This document shows, piece by piece, positions 28,863-38,645 of a stretch of 64,000 bases of DNA. Position numbers and translations under genes: made by a program. The notes under the pieces are model-generated. The model worked only from the letters and a program-made list of their open reading frames with translations, was not told the origin of the DNA and searched no databases. Source of the DNA: an uncultured Candidatus Rokubacteria bacterium (GTDB taxonomy: Bacteria > Methylomirabilota > Methylomirabilia > Rokubacteriales > DASRDR01); assembly GCA_963708025.1 (NCBI GenBank), contig CAVPSB010000014.1, forward strand, positions 416,001 through 480,000, given 5' to 3'. Each line of letters begins with the position of its first letter. The stretch's first letter is position 1.

Positions 28863-29894
28863 TTATCGGCCACGGCGCGTCGCCATCTCGGCGGCGACCA
28901 TGATCGCCTCCACCATGCTCTCCGGGTTGGCCGTGCCCTGGCCCGCGCGGTCGAACGCGGTGCCGTGGTCCACCGAGACGCGCAGGATCGGCAGCCCGAC
29001 CGTCACGTTCACCCCGCTCATCCCCGTCCAGGCTTTCTTCGCCTCGTCGTAGCGGAAGCCGACCGTCTTGACCGGCGTGTGACCCTGGTCGTGGTACATC
29101 GCGACCACGCAGTCGAACTCACCGCCCCGGGCGCGGCTCATGAGCGTGTCGGCGGGGTAGGGCCCGGTGGCCTCGATCCCTTCCGCGCGGGCGTCGGCGA
29201 TCGCGGGCGCGATGGCCACCCGCTCCTCGTCGCCGAAGAGGCCGCCCTCGCCGGCGTGCGGGTTCAGCCCGCAGACCGCGATCCGAGGCCCGGTCAGGCC
29301 GAGCTGCCGCATGGCGTCGTGGCCGAGGCGGATCGTTCGGAGCACGCGCTCCCGGGTCACCAGCTCGGGCACCCGCCGCAGGGCGACGTGGGTGGTGACG
29401 TGGATCACCCGCAGGTCACGTCCCATGAGCAGCATCGCGTACGCCCGCGTGTTCGTGAGCTCGGCCAGGATCTCGGTGTGGCCCGAGTGGGTCATGCCGG
29501 CCGCCGCCAGCGCCTCCTTGCTGATGGGCGCCGTGACGATGCCGTCGATCTCGCCGGCCACCGCCAGGCGCACCCCGCGCTCGATGTACTCGTAGGCGGC
29601 CCGACCACAGAGCGCGCTCACGCGGCCGACCGGGAAGGCGGCGGGGTCCGCGTTGGCCAGGTCCAGCACCTCGACGGCGTCCGGGTCCCAGGTCGCGTCG
29701 GCCACGCGGGCGAGGGGGCGGACCGTCAGGTCGCGCCCCGACAGCCCGACGGCAGCCGCCATGACCCGGGCGTCGCCGATGACGAGGGCGCGGCCGGCTT
29801 TACGGACCGCGGGATCGCCGAGGGCCTTGGCGGCGATCTCCGGCCCGATGCCGGCGGGGTCGCCCATGGTGATGCCGAGAACGGGAATGCTCAG
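28863..29894 (-). CDS. pdxA: 4-hydroxythreonine-4-phosphate / D-threonate-4-phosphate dehydrogenase (PdxA2-like), probable CTG start
   Basis: GITMGDPAGIGPE, GHTE, GLNPHAGE, MYHDQG, SVDHGTAFD; adjacent to a DUF1537 kinase. Confidence 0.92.
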   Translation of the reverse strand: MSIPVLGITMGDPAGIGPEIAAKALGDPAVRKAGRALVIGDARVMAAAVGLSGRDLTVRPLARVADATWDPDAVEVLDLANADPAAFPVGRVSALCGRAAYEYIERGVRLAVAGEIDGIVTAPISKEALAAAGMTHSGHTEILAELTNTRAYAMLLMGRDLRVIHVTTHVALRRVPELVTRERVLRTIRLGHDAMRQLGLTGPRIAVCGLNPHAGEGGLFGDEERVAIAPAIADARAEGIEATGPYPADTLMSRARGGEFDCVVAMYHDQGHTPVKTVGFRYDEAKKAWTGMSGVNVTVGLPILRVSVDHGTAFDRAGQGTANPESMVEAIMVAAEMATRRGR

Positions 29895-29915
29895 TTCGGG
29901 ACCTCCCGCCCACCA
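29895..29915 (-). repeat. Family A right end, copy 6 (partial)
   Basis: GGTGGGCGGGAGGTCCCGAA abutting the pdxA CTG. Confidence 0.75.
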
Positions 29916-29967
29916 GCGGCTCCCATTCCTAACCACACATCCGCTTCTCGCGAGCCCCATGGCTTTC

Positions 29968-30060
29968 GCCGCGCGGCCGTGGCGTTCCGCTTCGAGCCGC
30001 GGCTTCGCCGCGGCCTCCGCGGGGGGGCCTCGGAGGGGTCTTCCGAGACCCCCCCGATGT
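29968..30060 (-). repeat. Family B element, copy 3
   Basis: Reverse-complement match to 879-971. Confidence 0.85.
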
Positions 30061-30062
30061 CC

Positions 30063-31166
30063 TCATGTGCATGCCTCGTGGAGTCGCACCAGCGTCTCGG
30101 GGTCGCCGAAGCCGCCGGCCTTCGTCACGACGGTCAGGCCCGCGAACGGCCCACCGAGCAGCCGGCCCGCGGCCAGGCCCGGCTCGACCTCGCCGTCGAG
30201 CGCGATGCCGGTCGCCTCGATCGCCCGACACACGCTATAGGCCGTCTCGCCGCCGGTCAAGAGCAGAGTGCCGGGCGCACCGCGCGCGAGGCGCTCTCGC
30301 GTCGCCTCGGCGAGCGTGCGGACCATCGCCTCCCGGTCGCCATCCCGCGCGCCCCCGGGGTCCAGGGGCCAGATCCCGGAGACGCCGCGCGCCTCGAGCC
30401 GGGCGAGCTGGGCCCGCGTCATCGGATGGGCGCTACCCGCCACCACCAGCAAGGGTGACCGCGGCGCCGGGACCGACCGGGGCGTCGTCGGAGACAGGCG
30501 GGCCGCGACGGCGGCGGCGAGCCCGGCCGACCCGGCGAGCACCACCGGCAGGTCTCCGGCCGCCGCGGCCAAGATGGCGAGGTCGGCCTCGGTCTCGGCG
30601 TCGCAGACGAGGGAGCCGGCGTGCCGCGCGATCCGGGCGGCCACGGCGGACGCGCCCCGCCGCACGGTCGCCAGAGGGAGGAGCGCGGTCGGGTGCGGCC
30701 CGGCGACCCCGAGGAGGGCCAGGACCGAATCGCCGGTCGGGGGAAACGCGGGGTCGCGGGCGACGGGCGTTGCCCCGGCCGGCCGCTGGCCGATGCGGAG
30801 GCGTCCGTCGACGACGGTGCGACGCTGACCGGGAAAGGCCGGGGCCACCACCGCCCGGACGGCGCCGGCGCCCTCGAGGACTCCCGCCAGCTCCGCCGCG
30901 ATCGGACCCCGGAGCGTGGAGTCCAGCTTCTTGTAGACGAGCCCCGGGTCGCAGGCTGCCAGCCGGGTCACCGCCGCGCGGGCGCGCTCCCGCGCCTCGA
31001 GCCGATCGCAGTGGCGGCTCTCGGTGTCGAGAACCAGGACCGTCGGCGCTGGCGCGGGGAGCGTGGCTTCCGGGAGCAGCACCAGCGTCTCGAGCCCGCG
31101 GGCGGCGAACACGCAGCCGGTGTCACACGCTCCCGTGAGATCGTCGGCCTGGATGCCGACCCGCAT
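30063..31166 (-). CDS. Four-carbon acid sugar kinase (DUF1537, DtnK/DenK-like)
   Basis: ADDLTGACD, YKKLDSTLRG, PAFP, LTGGETA, TKAGGFG. Confidence 0.9.
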   Translation of the reverse strand: MRVGIQADDLTGACDTGCVFAARGLETLVLLPEATLPAPAPTVLVLDTESRHCDRLEARERARAAVTRLAACDPGLVYKKLDSTLRGPIAAELAGVLEGAGAVRAVVAPAFPGQRRTVVDGRLRIGQRPAGATPVARDPAFPPTGDSVLALLGVAGPHPTALLPLATVRRGASAVAARIARHAGSLVCDAETEADLAILAAAAGDLPVVLAGSAGLAAAVAARLSPTTPRSVPAPRSPLLVVAGSAHPMTRAQLARLEARGVSGIWPLDPGGARDGDREAMVRTLAEATRERLARGAPGTLLLTGGETAYSVCRAIEATGIALDGEVEPGLAAGRLLGGPFAGLTVVTKAGGFGDPETLVRLHEACT

Positions 31167-31261
31167 GACGCCGCCACTCTGACCGCCGGCCGCCGAGCCT
31201 GTCAAGAGCAGCCGGCACGCGCCCGCTGTTCGAGCGTGGGACCGCCGAGAAAGGAGCCGGT

Positions 31262-32515
31262 CTAGGCCGCTGGGTGGGGATCGGGCGCGTCGGGCGCGCC
31301 GCTGACCGGCAGCTCCATGATGATCGCGACCCCGTGCGGCAGGTTCTCGGCGACGATGCGGCCGCCGTGGGCCGTGACGATCCCGTGGCAGACCGACAAG
31401 CCGAGTCCGGCGCCCTGGCCCACCGCCTTGGTGGTGAAGAAGGGGTCGAAGATCCGGGGCAAGCTCTCGTCGGCGATCGGCGACCCCGAGTTGTCGATCC
31501 GGAGGCGAAGCCGGCCGTGCTGGAAGGATGATGAGAGCCGGATGATCCGGCCCTGTTCGGGCGGCAGTGCCCGGGCCGCGTCCAGGGCGTTGTCGAGGAT
31601 GTTGGCGAACACCTCAGCGAGCTGGCGCGCGTCGGCCTGGACGACGGGCAGGCGCTCCAGCTCGTCGATCAGCCGCACGCCGTCCAGCTCGAGATCCCGG
31701 GCCCCGGCGGCGACCTCGTCACGCAGCAGCGCCACCACGTCGGTTGGCGCCCGGTCGGGCGGGTGGGCCCGGACGAAGAGGAGGATCTGGCGGACGACCC
31801 GCGCCACGCGGTAGCCAGCCTGGAGGATCCGCTCGACCCGCTCCGTGGCGTCCGGCGTCTGCGGCTCGCGACGGAGGAGCAGCTCGGCGTTGCCGACGAT
31901 CACGGCCAGCGGGTTGTTGATCTCGTGGGCGGCGCCGGCGCCGAGCCGGGCGAGGGCCGCCACCTTTTCCGCCTGGACCAGCCGGGACTGGCTCTCGCGC
32001 AGCTCGGCCAGCTCTCGACGCAGCTCCGCGTACCGGCGGGCGTGCTGATCTTCGATCTCGACCAGCCGCGCCCGGAACACCTCGGCCGGGTCGGGTCCGG
32101 AGGCCCCGGTCGGGCGGGTCGCGCCACCGTGCACGTCGGTCACGACGACGTAGAGCTCGGCGCTCGGGGCGGGGTGGGGCAGGGGCGCCAGGAGAACCGG
32201 CCGCCTTCCGACGAGGGTTCCGGACACCACCGTGCGGGTCTCGGACTGAACGGCGCCGGCCAGGCCCGCGATGGTCGCCTCGGCCGTGTCCGGCTCCAGC
32301 AGGCTCCGGAGCGAGTGGCCGACCACCTCTCGGGGAGGGCGCCCCACCAAACGCTCCAGCCCGCCGGTCGCTGACCGGATGACCCAGCCGGCGTCCATGC
32401 CGATGAGCGCCCCGATGTGGTCCAGCGCCAGCGCCGCGACCGCGGAGGCGCCGGAAGGGCGGTGGGGCCGGCCGGCCCGCGGCCGGCGCGGCTGCAGGTC
32501 CCCTTCGCTTCTCAC
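31262..32515 (-). CDS. PAS-containing sensor histidine kinase (start approximate)
   Basis: QAEKVAALARLGAGAAHEINNPL, NILDNALDA, FDPFFTTK, GAGLGL. Confidence 0.88.
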   Translation of the reverse strand: MRSEGDLQPRRPRAGRPHRPSGASAVAALALDHIGALIGMDAGWVIRSATGGLERLVGRPPREVVGHSLRSLLEPDTAEATIAGLAGAVQSETRTVVSGTLVGRRPVLLAPLPHPAPSAELYVVVTDVHGGATRPTGASGPDPAEVFRARLVEIEDQHARRYAELRRELAELRESQSRLVQAEKVAALARLGAGAAHEINNPLAVIVGNAELLLRREPQTPDATERVERILQAGYRVARVVRQILLFVRAHPPDRAPTDVVALLRDEVAAGARDLELDGVRLIDELERLPVVQADARQLAEVFANILDNALDAARALPPEQGRIIRLSSSFQHGRLRLRIDNSGSPIADESLPRIFDPFFTTKAVGQGAGLGLSVCHGIVTAHGGRIVAENLPHGVAIIMELPVSGAPDAPDPHPAA

Positions 32516-32830
32516 GTCCCCTCCTGCCCCCTCTCAGGTCGCCCGAAGGCCCAGCAAGCCCGGTACCAGCGTGATCGAAGAAGAGCCATAGCCGGCTCTT
32601 GCTCGATTTTCCGGTCACTTCCACGCCAGGAGCTCAGGTCAGAGCACGGGGTGCGAGCCCGGCTCCGGCCACAGTGTCCGCGGGCGGTGCAGCAATGTCC
32701 CCGCGGTGACGCCAGGGTGCCGGACCCGGGAGGGTCTCGAAGCCGCGTGCTATCCTGACACAGCCGGGAACTTCAGACGGAAGCGCGTCACCCGTGGGCC
32801 GGGCGGCGTCCTCTTCCAGGGAGGGTCCGC

Positions 32831-33685
32831 ATGAGCCAGTCCCGTGACGCGGCCGCGGAGGCGCTGCCCGGGCACCGCGTCCGGGCGCGGAACCTCTCGC
32901 GCTACTCGGCCAACAAGATCCACGACGACGCAACCGCCCGCACCTACGGCTACGCGGGCGGCCTGGTGGCGGGAACCACGGTGTACGCGTACATGACCGC
33001 GCCCCTCGTGACGGCGTGGGGGCTCGACTGGCTCGCCCGCGGGACGGGGCGGCTCACCCTCGTCCAGCCCGTCTACGACGGCGACGAGCTGATGGTGGAG
33101 GCCCGGGTCGTGGGCCGCTCCGGGGCCGAGCCGGCTGGCGAGGTCGTCGCCGAGGTGACGGCGCGCACCCCCCGCGGCGTCGCCGCCACCCTCGTCGCCG
33201 GGCTCGGGTGGGGCGGGCCGCCAGTCACGCCGGATCCGCGCGGCTATCCGGCATCTCCCCTGCCGGACACGCGGCCGCTGGCCAGCGCGGTGACCCTGGG
33301 CGGGCGGGACCCGCTGGGGTCCCCGGCCCTCCACCTCGACGAGGCGGAGACGACCGGCTACGCGGCGGAGGTCGAGGACCCGCTGGCGTTCTACCGTGGC
33401 GCGGAGGCCGTGGCCCATCCCGGTCAGCTCCTCCAGCAGGCGAACCGGGCCCTCTCGGAGAACGTGACGCTCGGCCCCTGGGTCCACGCCGGGAGCCAGG
33501 TCGCCCACTGCGGGCTGGCCCGGGCCGGGGATCGACTGACGACGCGTGGCCGGGTGGCGCGGGTCTTCGAGAAGAAGGGTCACGAGTTCGTCGAGCTCGA
33601 CCTCCTGGTCGTCGCCGACGAGGCGCGGCCGGTGATGCTGGTCCGCCACCTCGCGATCTGGCGTCCTCGGCCTGCCGGGTCGTGA
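32831..33685 (+). CDS. Double hot-dog fold (MaoC-like) protein
   Basis: SD GGAGG; NKIHDDATAR.YGY.GGLV.G, PVYDGD, PWVHAGS. Confidence 0.75.
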   Translation: MSQSRDAAAEALPGHRVRARNLSRYSANKIHDDATARTYGYAGGLVAGTTVYAYMTAPLVTAWGLDWLARGTGRLTLVQPVYDGDELMVEARVVGRSGAEPAGEVVAEVTARTPRGVAATLVAGLGWGGPPVTPDPRGYPASPLPDTRPLASAVTLGGRDPLGSPALHLDEAETTGYAAEVEDPLAFYRGAEAVAHPGQLLQQANRALSENVTLGPWVHAGSQVAHCGLARAGDRLTTRGRVARVFEKKGHEFVELDLLVVADEARPVMLVRHLAIWRPRPAGS

Positions 33686-33883
33686 CGTCGACGGCCGGGT
33701 CGTCACGCCTCGGTGCGGGAGTCGTGCGCGCCTCGACTCTTCCTGATGCCACCAGGCGAACCCCCTAGTGGCCTTGCGCAGCTTGGGGGGCGGGACGCGC
33801 CGCTGACGCGGCGTTCCGTGTTATCCTGAGCCCACTCACGCTGTGTAGTCACCGCACTCCAATCCGCGACCCCGGAGGTCCCC

Positions 33884-35287
33884 ATGCAGACTCGCCGAGA
33901 GTTCATTCTCAAGAGTGGCACCCTCGCCGCCGCCGCCGCCACCGGCCCGACGATCCTCGTCCGGCGGGCCAGCGCGGCGGGACAGCTCAAGATCCTCCAG
34001 TGGAGCCACTTCGTGCCGGCTTACGACAAGTGGTTCGACCCCTGGGCGAAGGAGTGGGGCCAGAAGAAGGGGATCGAGGTCACGGTAGACCATGTCTCGT
34101 TCGCCGACATCGTGCCGCGGGCGACCGCCGACGTGGCGGCTCAAGCGGGCCACGACATCCACATGTTCCTCGGGCTGGCCAGCGCCTTCGAGGAGCACGT
34201 CATCGATCTCGCCGACGTCCAGAGCACGCTCGAGAAGAAGTACGGCGCTCCGGTCGAGCTGGCCAAGCGGAGCACCTACAATCCGTTCAGCAAGAAGCAG
34301 TTCGCGCTCTCCGACATGTGGGTGCCCGACCCCGGTAACTACTACAAGTCGGTGTGGACGGCGATCGGGATGCCGAACGGCCCGGCGAGCTGGGAGGACC
34401 TGGTCAAGGCGGCACCCGAGATCAAGAAGAAGCACCCCGAGATCCAGATTCCGATCGGCATCGGCCTCTCCCAGGACATCGACTCCAACATGGCCGTCCG
34501 CAACATCCTCTGGTGCCACGGCGGGTCGATCCAGGACAAGGATGGCAACGTCGTCCTGAACTCGCCCGAAACGCTCCAGGCGCTGGAGTACGCCAAGCGC
34601 CTCTACCAGGTGGGCATGACCCAGGCGGTGCTGAGCTGGAACGCCGCGTCCAACAACCAGGCATTCAACGCCAAGCAGACCGCGTACATCCTCAACTCCA
34701 TCTCGGCCTACCGGACCGCACAGGACAACAAGCTGCCGGTCGTGGAGGACACGCATTTCGTGCCCGCGCTGAAGGGCCCCAGCGGGATCCAGCTGGCCTC
34801 CGAGCACGTCATGAGCGGCTACGTGGTGTGGAAGTTTTCGAAGAACCAGGACGCGGCCAAGGAGTTCCTGGTCGCGCTGGTGGACGCCTCCCGCGAGTCC
34901 ACCCTCGGCAGCAAGCTCTACAACTTCCCCTCGTTCTACGGAGCGGCGGCCGAGCCGAACGCCCCGATGAACAAGAAGGTGGAGTCGGGGGCGGCCTGGA
35001 TCAGCCAGCAGGTGAAGAAGGATCCGTTCGGCTCGGCCCCGCCCGACAAGCTGGCGGTGCTGGAGACCGCGCTCAAGTGGTCGACGAACCTGGGCTACCC
35101 GGGGAGCGGTCACCCGGCCGAGGGGGAGATCTTCGACACGTACGTGCTCACCGACATGTTCGCCAAGGCGGCCACCGGGGCGCTCTCGCCCAAGGACGCG
35201 CTGGTGGAGGCGAACACGCGCGCGAAGGAGATCTTCACCAAGTGGCGGAAAAAGGGCTTCGTGGGCGGCGGCGCCAAGGACAAGTAG
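33884..35287 (+). CDS. Carbohydrate ABC substrate-binding protein (Tat signal)
   Basis: SD GGAGG; TRREFI; LQWSHFVPAYD. Confidence 0.9.
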   Translation: MQTRREFILKSGTLAAAAATGPTILVRRASAAGQLKILQWSHFVPAYDKWFDPWAKEWGQKKGIEVTVDHVSFADIVPRATADVAAQAGHDIHMFLGLASAFEEHVIDLADVQSTLEKKYGAPVELAKRSTYNPFSKKQFALSDMWVPDPGNYYKSVWTAIGMPNGPASWEDLVKAAPEIKKKHPEIQIPIGIGLSQDIDSNMAVRNILWCHGGSIQDKDGNVVLNSPETLQALEYAKRLYQVGMTQAVLSWNAASNNQAFNAKQTAYILNSISAYRTAQDNKLPVVEDTHFVPALKGPSGIQLASEHVMSGYVVWKFSKNQDAAKEFLVALVDASRESTLGSKLYNFPSFYGAAAEPNAPMNKKVESGAAWISQQVKKDPFGSAPPDKLAVLETALKWSTNLGYPGSGHPAEGEIFDTYVLTDMFAKAATGALSPKDALVEANTRAKEIFTKWRKKGFVGGGAKDK

Positions 35288-35311
35288 CCGGACCCCGATC
35301 GCGTATGGGGT

Positions 35312-35349
35312 CCAAGCCGGCAGGGAGACGACGCTCCCTGCCGGCTTGG
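35312..35349 (+). terminator. Intra-operon stem-loop after the SBP gene (mRNA stabiliser/attenuator)
   Basis: 16-bp perfect stem CCAAGCCGGCAGGGAG / CTCCCTGCCGGCTTGG, no U-tract. Confidence 0.6.
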
Positions 35350-35380
35350 CACTGACCCGGAGGGGTTGGTAGCGCGAGTC

Positions 35381-36316
35381 ATGGACAAGGCGGTGGCGGT
35401 GACGATCCCGATGCGTTCGAAGCCGCTGGAAGGGCTCCGGCGACGGGACCGGGCGCTGGGCATCGCCATGATCGCCCCGGCGTTGACCTACATCGCGTTG
35501 CTGGTGGCGGCGCCCTTTCTGCTGGCGGTCATTCTCAGCGTGAGCAACTCCTCGGCCGGCAGCCTCGACATCTCGTTCGTGGGCCTCCAGAACTTCCGGA
35601 GCGTCATCGGCAACCCGGTCTTCCTCCGGTCGCTCCGCAATACCTTCGTCTTCACGCTGGTCTCGCAGGTGGCGGTGATCGTTCTTGGCAATATCCTGGC
35701 CCGAGCCCTGATGAAGCAGTTTCTCGGGAAGACCCTCGTCCGATTCCTCATCCTCATGCCATGGGCGGCGCCGATCTCCCTGGCTACGCTCGGCTGGCTC
35801 TGGATCTTCGACTCCACCTTCAGCGTCATCAACTGGCTGCTGAAGGTCGCCGGCTATTTCGGTCCCGGCGAATGGTACTACTGGCTCGGCGACCCGACGC
35901 TGGGCATGCTGGCCATCATCACTGTCCACGTGTGGCGGATGCTCCCCTTCTCGACGGTGATCCTCCTGGCCGGGCTGAGCTCGATCCCCGCCGAAGTGCA
36001 CGAGGCGGCCGACATCGACGGAGCCGGCCCGCTCGCCAAGGCGCTCCAGGTTACCCTGCCGATGATGCTCCCGATCCTCACGGTGGCCTTGCTGTTCGGG
36101 GTCGTGTTCACCTTCACCGACATGAGCGTCGTCTACCTCCTGACCCGCGGGGGCCCGTACAACTCGACTCACGTGCTGGCGAGCCTGGCGTTCCAGGAGG
36201 GCGTCCTCGGGGGCGACGTCGGGCGGGGCGCCTCCATCGCGATCTTCCTCCTGCCGCTGCTCGTGGTCATGGCGGTGCTGACGCTGCGGGTCTCCCGTCG
36301 CGCGGAGGTGGTGTGA
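35381..36316 (+). CDS. Carbohydrate ABC permease
   Basis: FVGLQNF, EAADIDGA, TRGGP; start could be 35366. Confidence 0.92.
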   Translation: MDKAVAVTIPMRSKPLEGLRRRDRALGIAMIAPALTYIALLVAAPFLLAVILSVSNSSAGSLDISFVGLQNFRSVIGNPVFLRSLRNTFVFTLVSQVAVIVLGNILARALMKQFLGKTLVRFLILMPWAAPISLATLGWLWIFDSTFSVINWLLKVAGYFGPGEWYYWLGDPTLGMLAIITVHVWRMLPFSTVILLAGLSSIPAEVHEAADIDGAGPLAKALQVTLPMMLPILTVALLFGVVFTFTDMSVVYLLTRGGPYNSTHVLASLAFQEGVLGGDVGRGASIAIFLLPLLVVMAVLTLRVSRRAEVV

Positions 36317-36388
36317 GAGCGGGCCAGGGTTCGATGGATGCCGGGCGCAGACGAGCGGCGATTCCGCGCAGCCGGAAGGTGACCTGAC

Positions 36389-37249
36389 ATGCGGCGGTCG
36401 GGGCTGCGGCGGGCGGCGTTGGTCGTCGGGCATCGCGCGATCATCCTCTTGTTCACGCTCTTCGCGATCTTCCCTTTCTACTGGATGGTCATCACCGCCT
36501 TCAAGCAGAACGCCGACCTCTACGTCGGGGCCACCGATGTCACCCACAATCCGTTCATCTTCAACTTGGCCCCGACCCTCGACCACCTCCGCATCCTGTT
36601 CGGCGCTACCCTCTACCCGACCTGGTTGTTCAACACCCTCCTCGTCGGCGTCGTGGTGGTCGCGATCACGCTCCTGCTGGGGGTGCCGGCCGGCTACAGC
36701 CTGGCCCGCCTGACCGGGGCGTGGGGGGAGCGGTTGAGCATCGGGATCTTCCTCACCTACCTGGTGCCGTCCACTCTCCTGTTCATCCCGTTCTCGCGGC
36801 TGATCGCCCTGCTCGGGCTCCAGAACAGCACCTGGTCGCTGGTCCTGATCTATCCGACGTTTACGGTCCCGTTCTGCACCTGGCTCCTGATGGGCTTCTT
36901 CAAGTCGCTACCCAAGGAGGTCGAGGAGTCGGCCATGGTCGACGGCTGCAGCCGCCTCGGGGCCATCCGGCGCATGGTCTTGCCGCTTTCGCTGCCCGGC
37001 ATCCTGACTGCCGTCATCTTCGCCCTGACGCTCGTGATCCAGGAGTTCGTCTATAGCCTGACCTTCATCTCCTCGGTCGAGAAGATGACGGTCAGCGTGG
37101 GGGTGCCGGTGGCGCTGATCCGTGGCGACGTCTACTACTGGGGTTCTCTCATGGCCGCGTGCCTGATCACCAGCGTGCCGATCGCTATTATCTACAACCT
37201 CTTCCTCGACCGCTTCATCGCCGGCTTCACCGTCGGGGCCATCAAGTAG
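36389..37249 (+). CDS. Carbohydrate ABC permease
   Basis: PFYWMVITAFK, EESAMVDGCS, GFTVGAIK. Confidence 0.92.
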   Translation: MRRSGLRRAALVVGHRAIILLFTLFAIFPFYWMVITAFKQNADLYVGATDVTHNPFIFNLAPTLDHLRILFGATLYPTWLFNTLLVGVVVVAITLLLGVPAGYSLARLTGAWGERLSIGIFLTYLVPSTLLFIPFSRLIALLGLQNSTWSLVLIYPTFTVPFCTWLLMGFFKSLPKEVEESAMVDGCSRLGAIRRMVLPLSLPGILTAVIFALTLVIQEFVYSLTFISSVEKMTVSVGVPVALIRGDVYYWGSLMAACLITSVPIAIIYNLFLDRFIAGFTVGAIK

Positions 37250-38590
37250 ATGGGCCGATCGCGCCGGCCACGGGCGGGAAGCGATGGAGTCGTGACGCGG
37301 CGCCAGATCCTGGCCGGCACCGCCGCGGCCCTCGCGGTCGGAGGCGGGCCGACGATCTGGGTGCGCCGGGCCCAGGCCCGGGCCGGCACGCTCAAGATCA
37401 GGCAGTGGACCCACTTCGTGCCCGCTTTCGACGACTGGTTCGATCGGCGGTTCACGCGGGAGTGGGGCGAGAAGAACGGCGTCAAGGTGGTGGTGGACCA
37501 CGTCTCGGTGAACGACCTGCGGGCGCGGGCCGTCGCCGAGGTCGCGGCCCAGCGGGGGCACGACCTGTTCGGCTTCCTGGAGCCACCCCCGGCCTTCGAG
37601 GACGAAGTGGTTCCGATGAACGACGTCGTGACCGAGTGCGAGAGGAGATTCGGCAAGCTGGTCAGCCTCGCCCACAAGGCCACCTACAATCCCCGGACGA
37701 AGCGGTACTTCGCGGTGTCCGACAGCTGGATGCCGGACGTCCTTCACTACCGGAAAGACTGGTGGGACGACGTCGGGGTCAAGCCGGAGACCTGGGACCA
37801 GGTCCGCGAGGGCGCCCGGAAGATCAAGGACAAGCACGGCGCCCCGGCCGGGTTCGGCCTGGCCCCGGAGGTCGACACCAACATGATGCTGCGCGGCCTG
37901 CTGTGGTCGTACGGGGCCGCCGAGCAGGACGAAGCGGGCAACGTCACGATCAACTCGAAGGCCACCGTCGAGGCGATCAGGCTGATGACGGCGATCTTCA
38001 AGGAATCCATGACGGCCGAGGTGTTCACGTGGGACCCGTCGTCCAACAACCGGTTCTTCGTCTCCGGCAAGGGGTCCGTGATCCAGAACGCCATCTCGGC
38101 CATCCGCACGGCCGAGAAGCGGGCGCCCGAGGTGGCCCGGAACACGATGCTGGCGCCGCCGCCGGCCGGTCCCCGGGCGCGGCTGGGCTCGCAGCACCTG
38201 CTCCACTGCTACGTCGTCTGGAAGTTCGCCGAGAACCAGGACATGGCCAAGAAGTTCCTCGTGGACCTGGTCGCGGCCTCCAGCGACACCTTCGCGACGA
38301 GCGAGTTCTGCAACTATCCCTCGTTCTCGAAGTCGGTGCCGGATCTCCGGGGGAAGCTCGGCGCGGACAAGCAGAACCCGCAGGCCTACCTGGTGCTGGC
38401 CGACGCCGAGAAGTGGAGTGCGTATCCGGGATACCCGGGGTACTGGACCCCGGGGATCGACGAGAGCTTCACCACATCCGTCATCCCGAACATGTTTGCC
38501 CGGGCGGCCCGGGGCGAGCAGACTCCCGAGGACTCGGCGAAGCAGGCCGAGGCCGAGATGAGGCGCATCTTTGCCAGGTGGACCAGGTAG
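37250..38590 (+). CDS. Second carbohydrate ABC substrate-binding protein (Tat signal), paralog of 33884-35287
   Basis: TRRQIL; QWTHFVPAFD, NSISA/NAISA motifs shared with the first SBP. Confidence 0.9.
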   Translation: MGRSRRPRAGSDGVVTRRQILAGTAAALAVGGGPTIWVRRAQARAGTLKIRQWTHFVPAFDDWFDRRFTREWGEKNGVKVVVDHVSVNDLRARAVAEVAAQRGHDLFGFLEPPPAFEDEVVPMNDVVTECERRFGKLVSLAHKATYNPRTKRYFAVSDSWMPDVLHYRKDWWDDVGVKPETWDQVREGARKIKDKHGAPAGFGLAPEVDTNMMLRGLLWSYGAAEQDEAGNVTINSKATVEAIRLMTAIFKESMTAEVFTWDPSSNNRFFVSGKGSVIQNAISAIRTAEKRAPEVARNTMLAPPPAGPRARLGSQHLLHCYVVWKFAENQDMAKKFLVDLVAASSDTFATSEFCNYPSFSKSVPDLRGKLGADKQNPQAYLVLADAEKWSAYPGYPGYWTPGIDESFTTSVIPNMFARAARGEQTPEDSAKQAEAEMRRIFARWTR

Positions 38591-38645
38591 ACCGGTCGGG
38601 CCCGTCCTCGTTGACACACCCGATCGCGGCGGGCTAAATAGCTCC

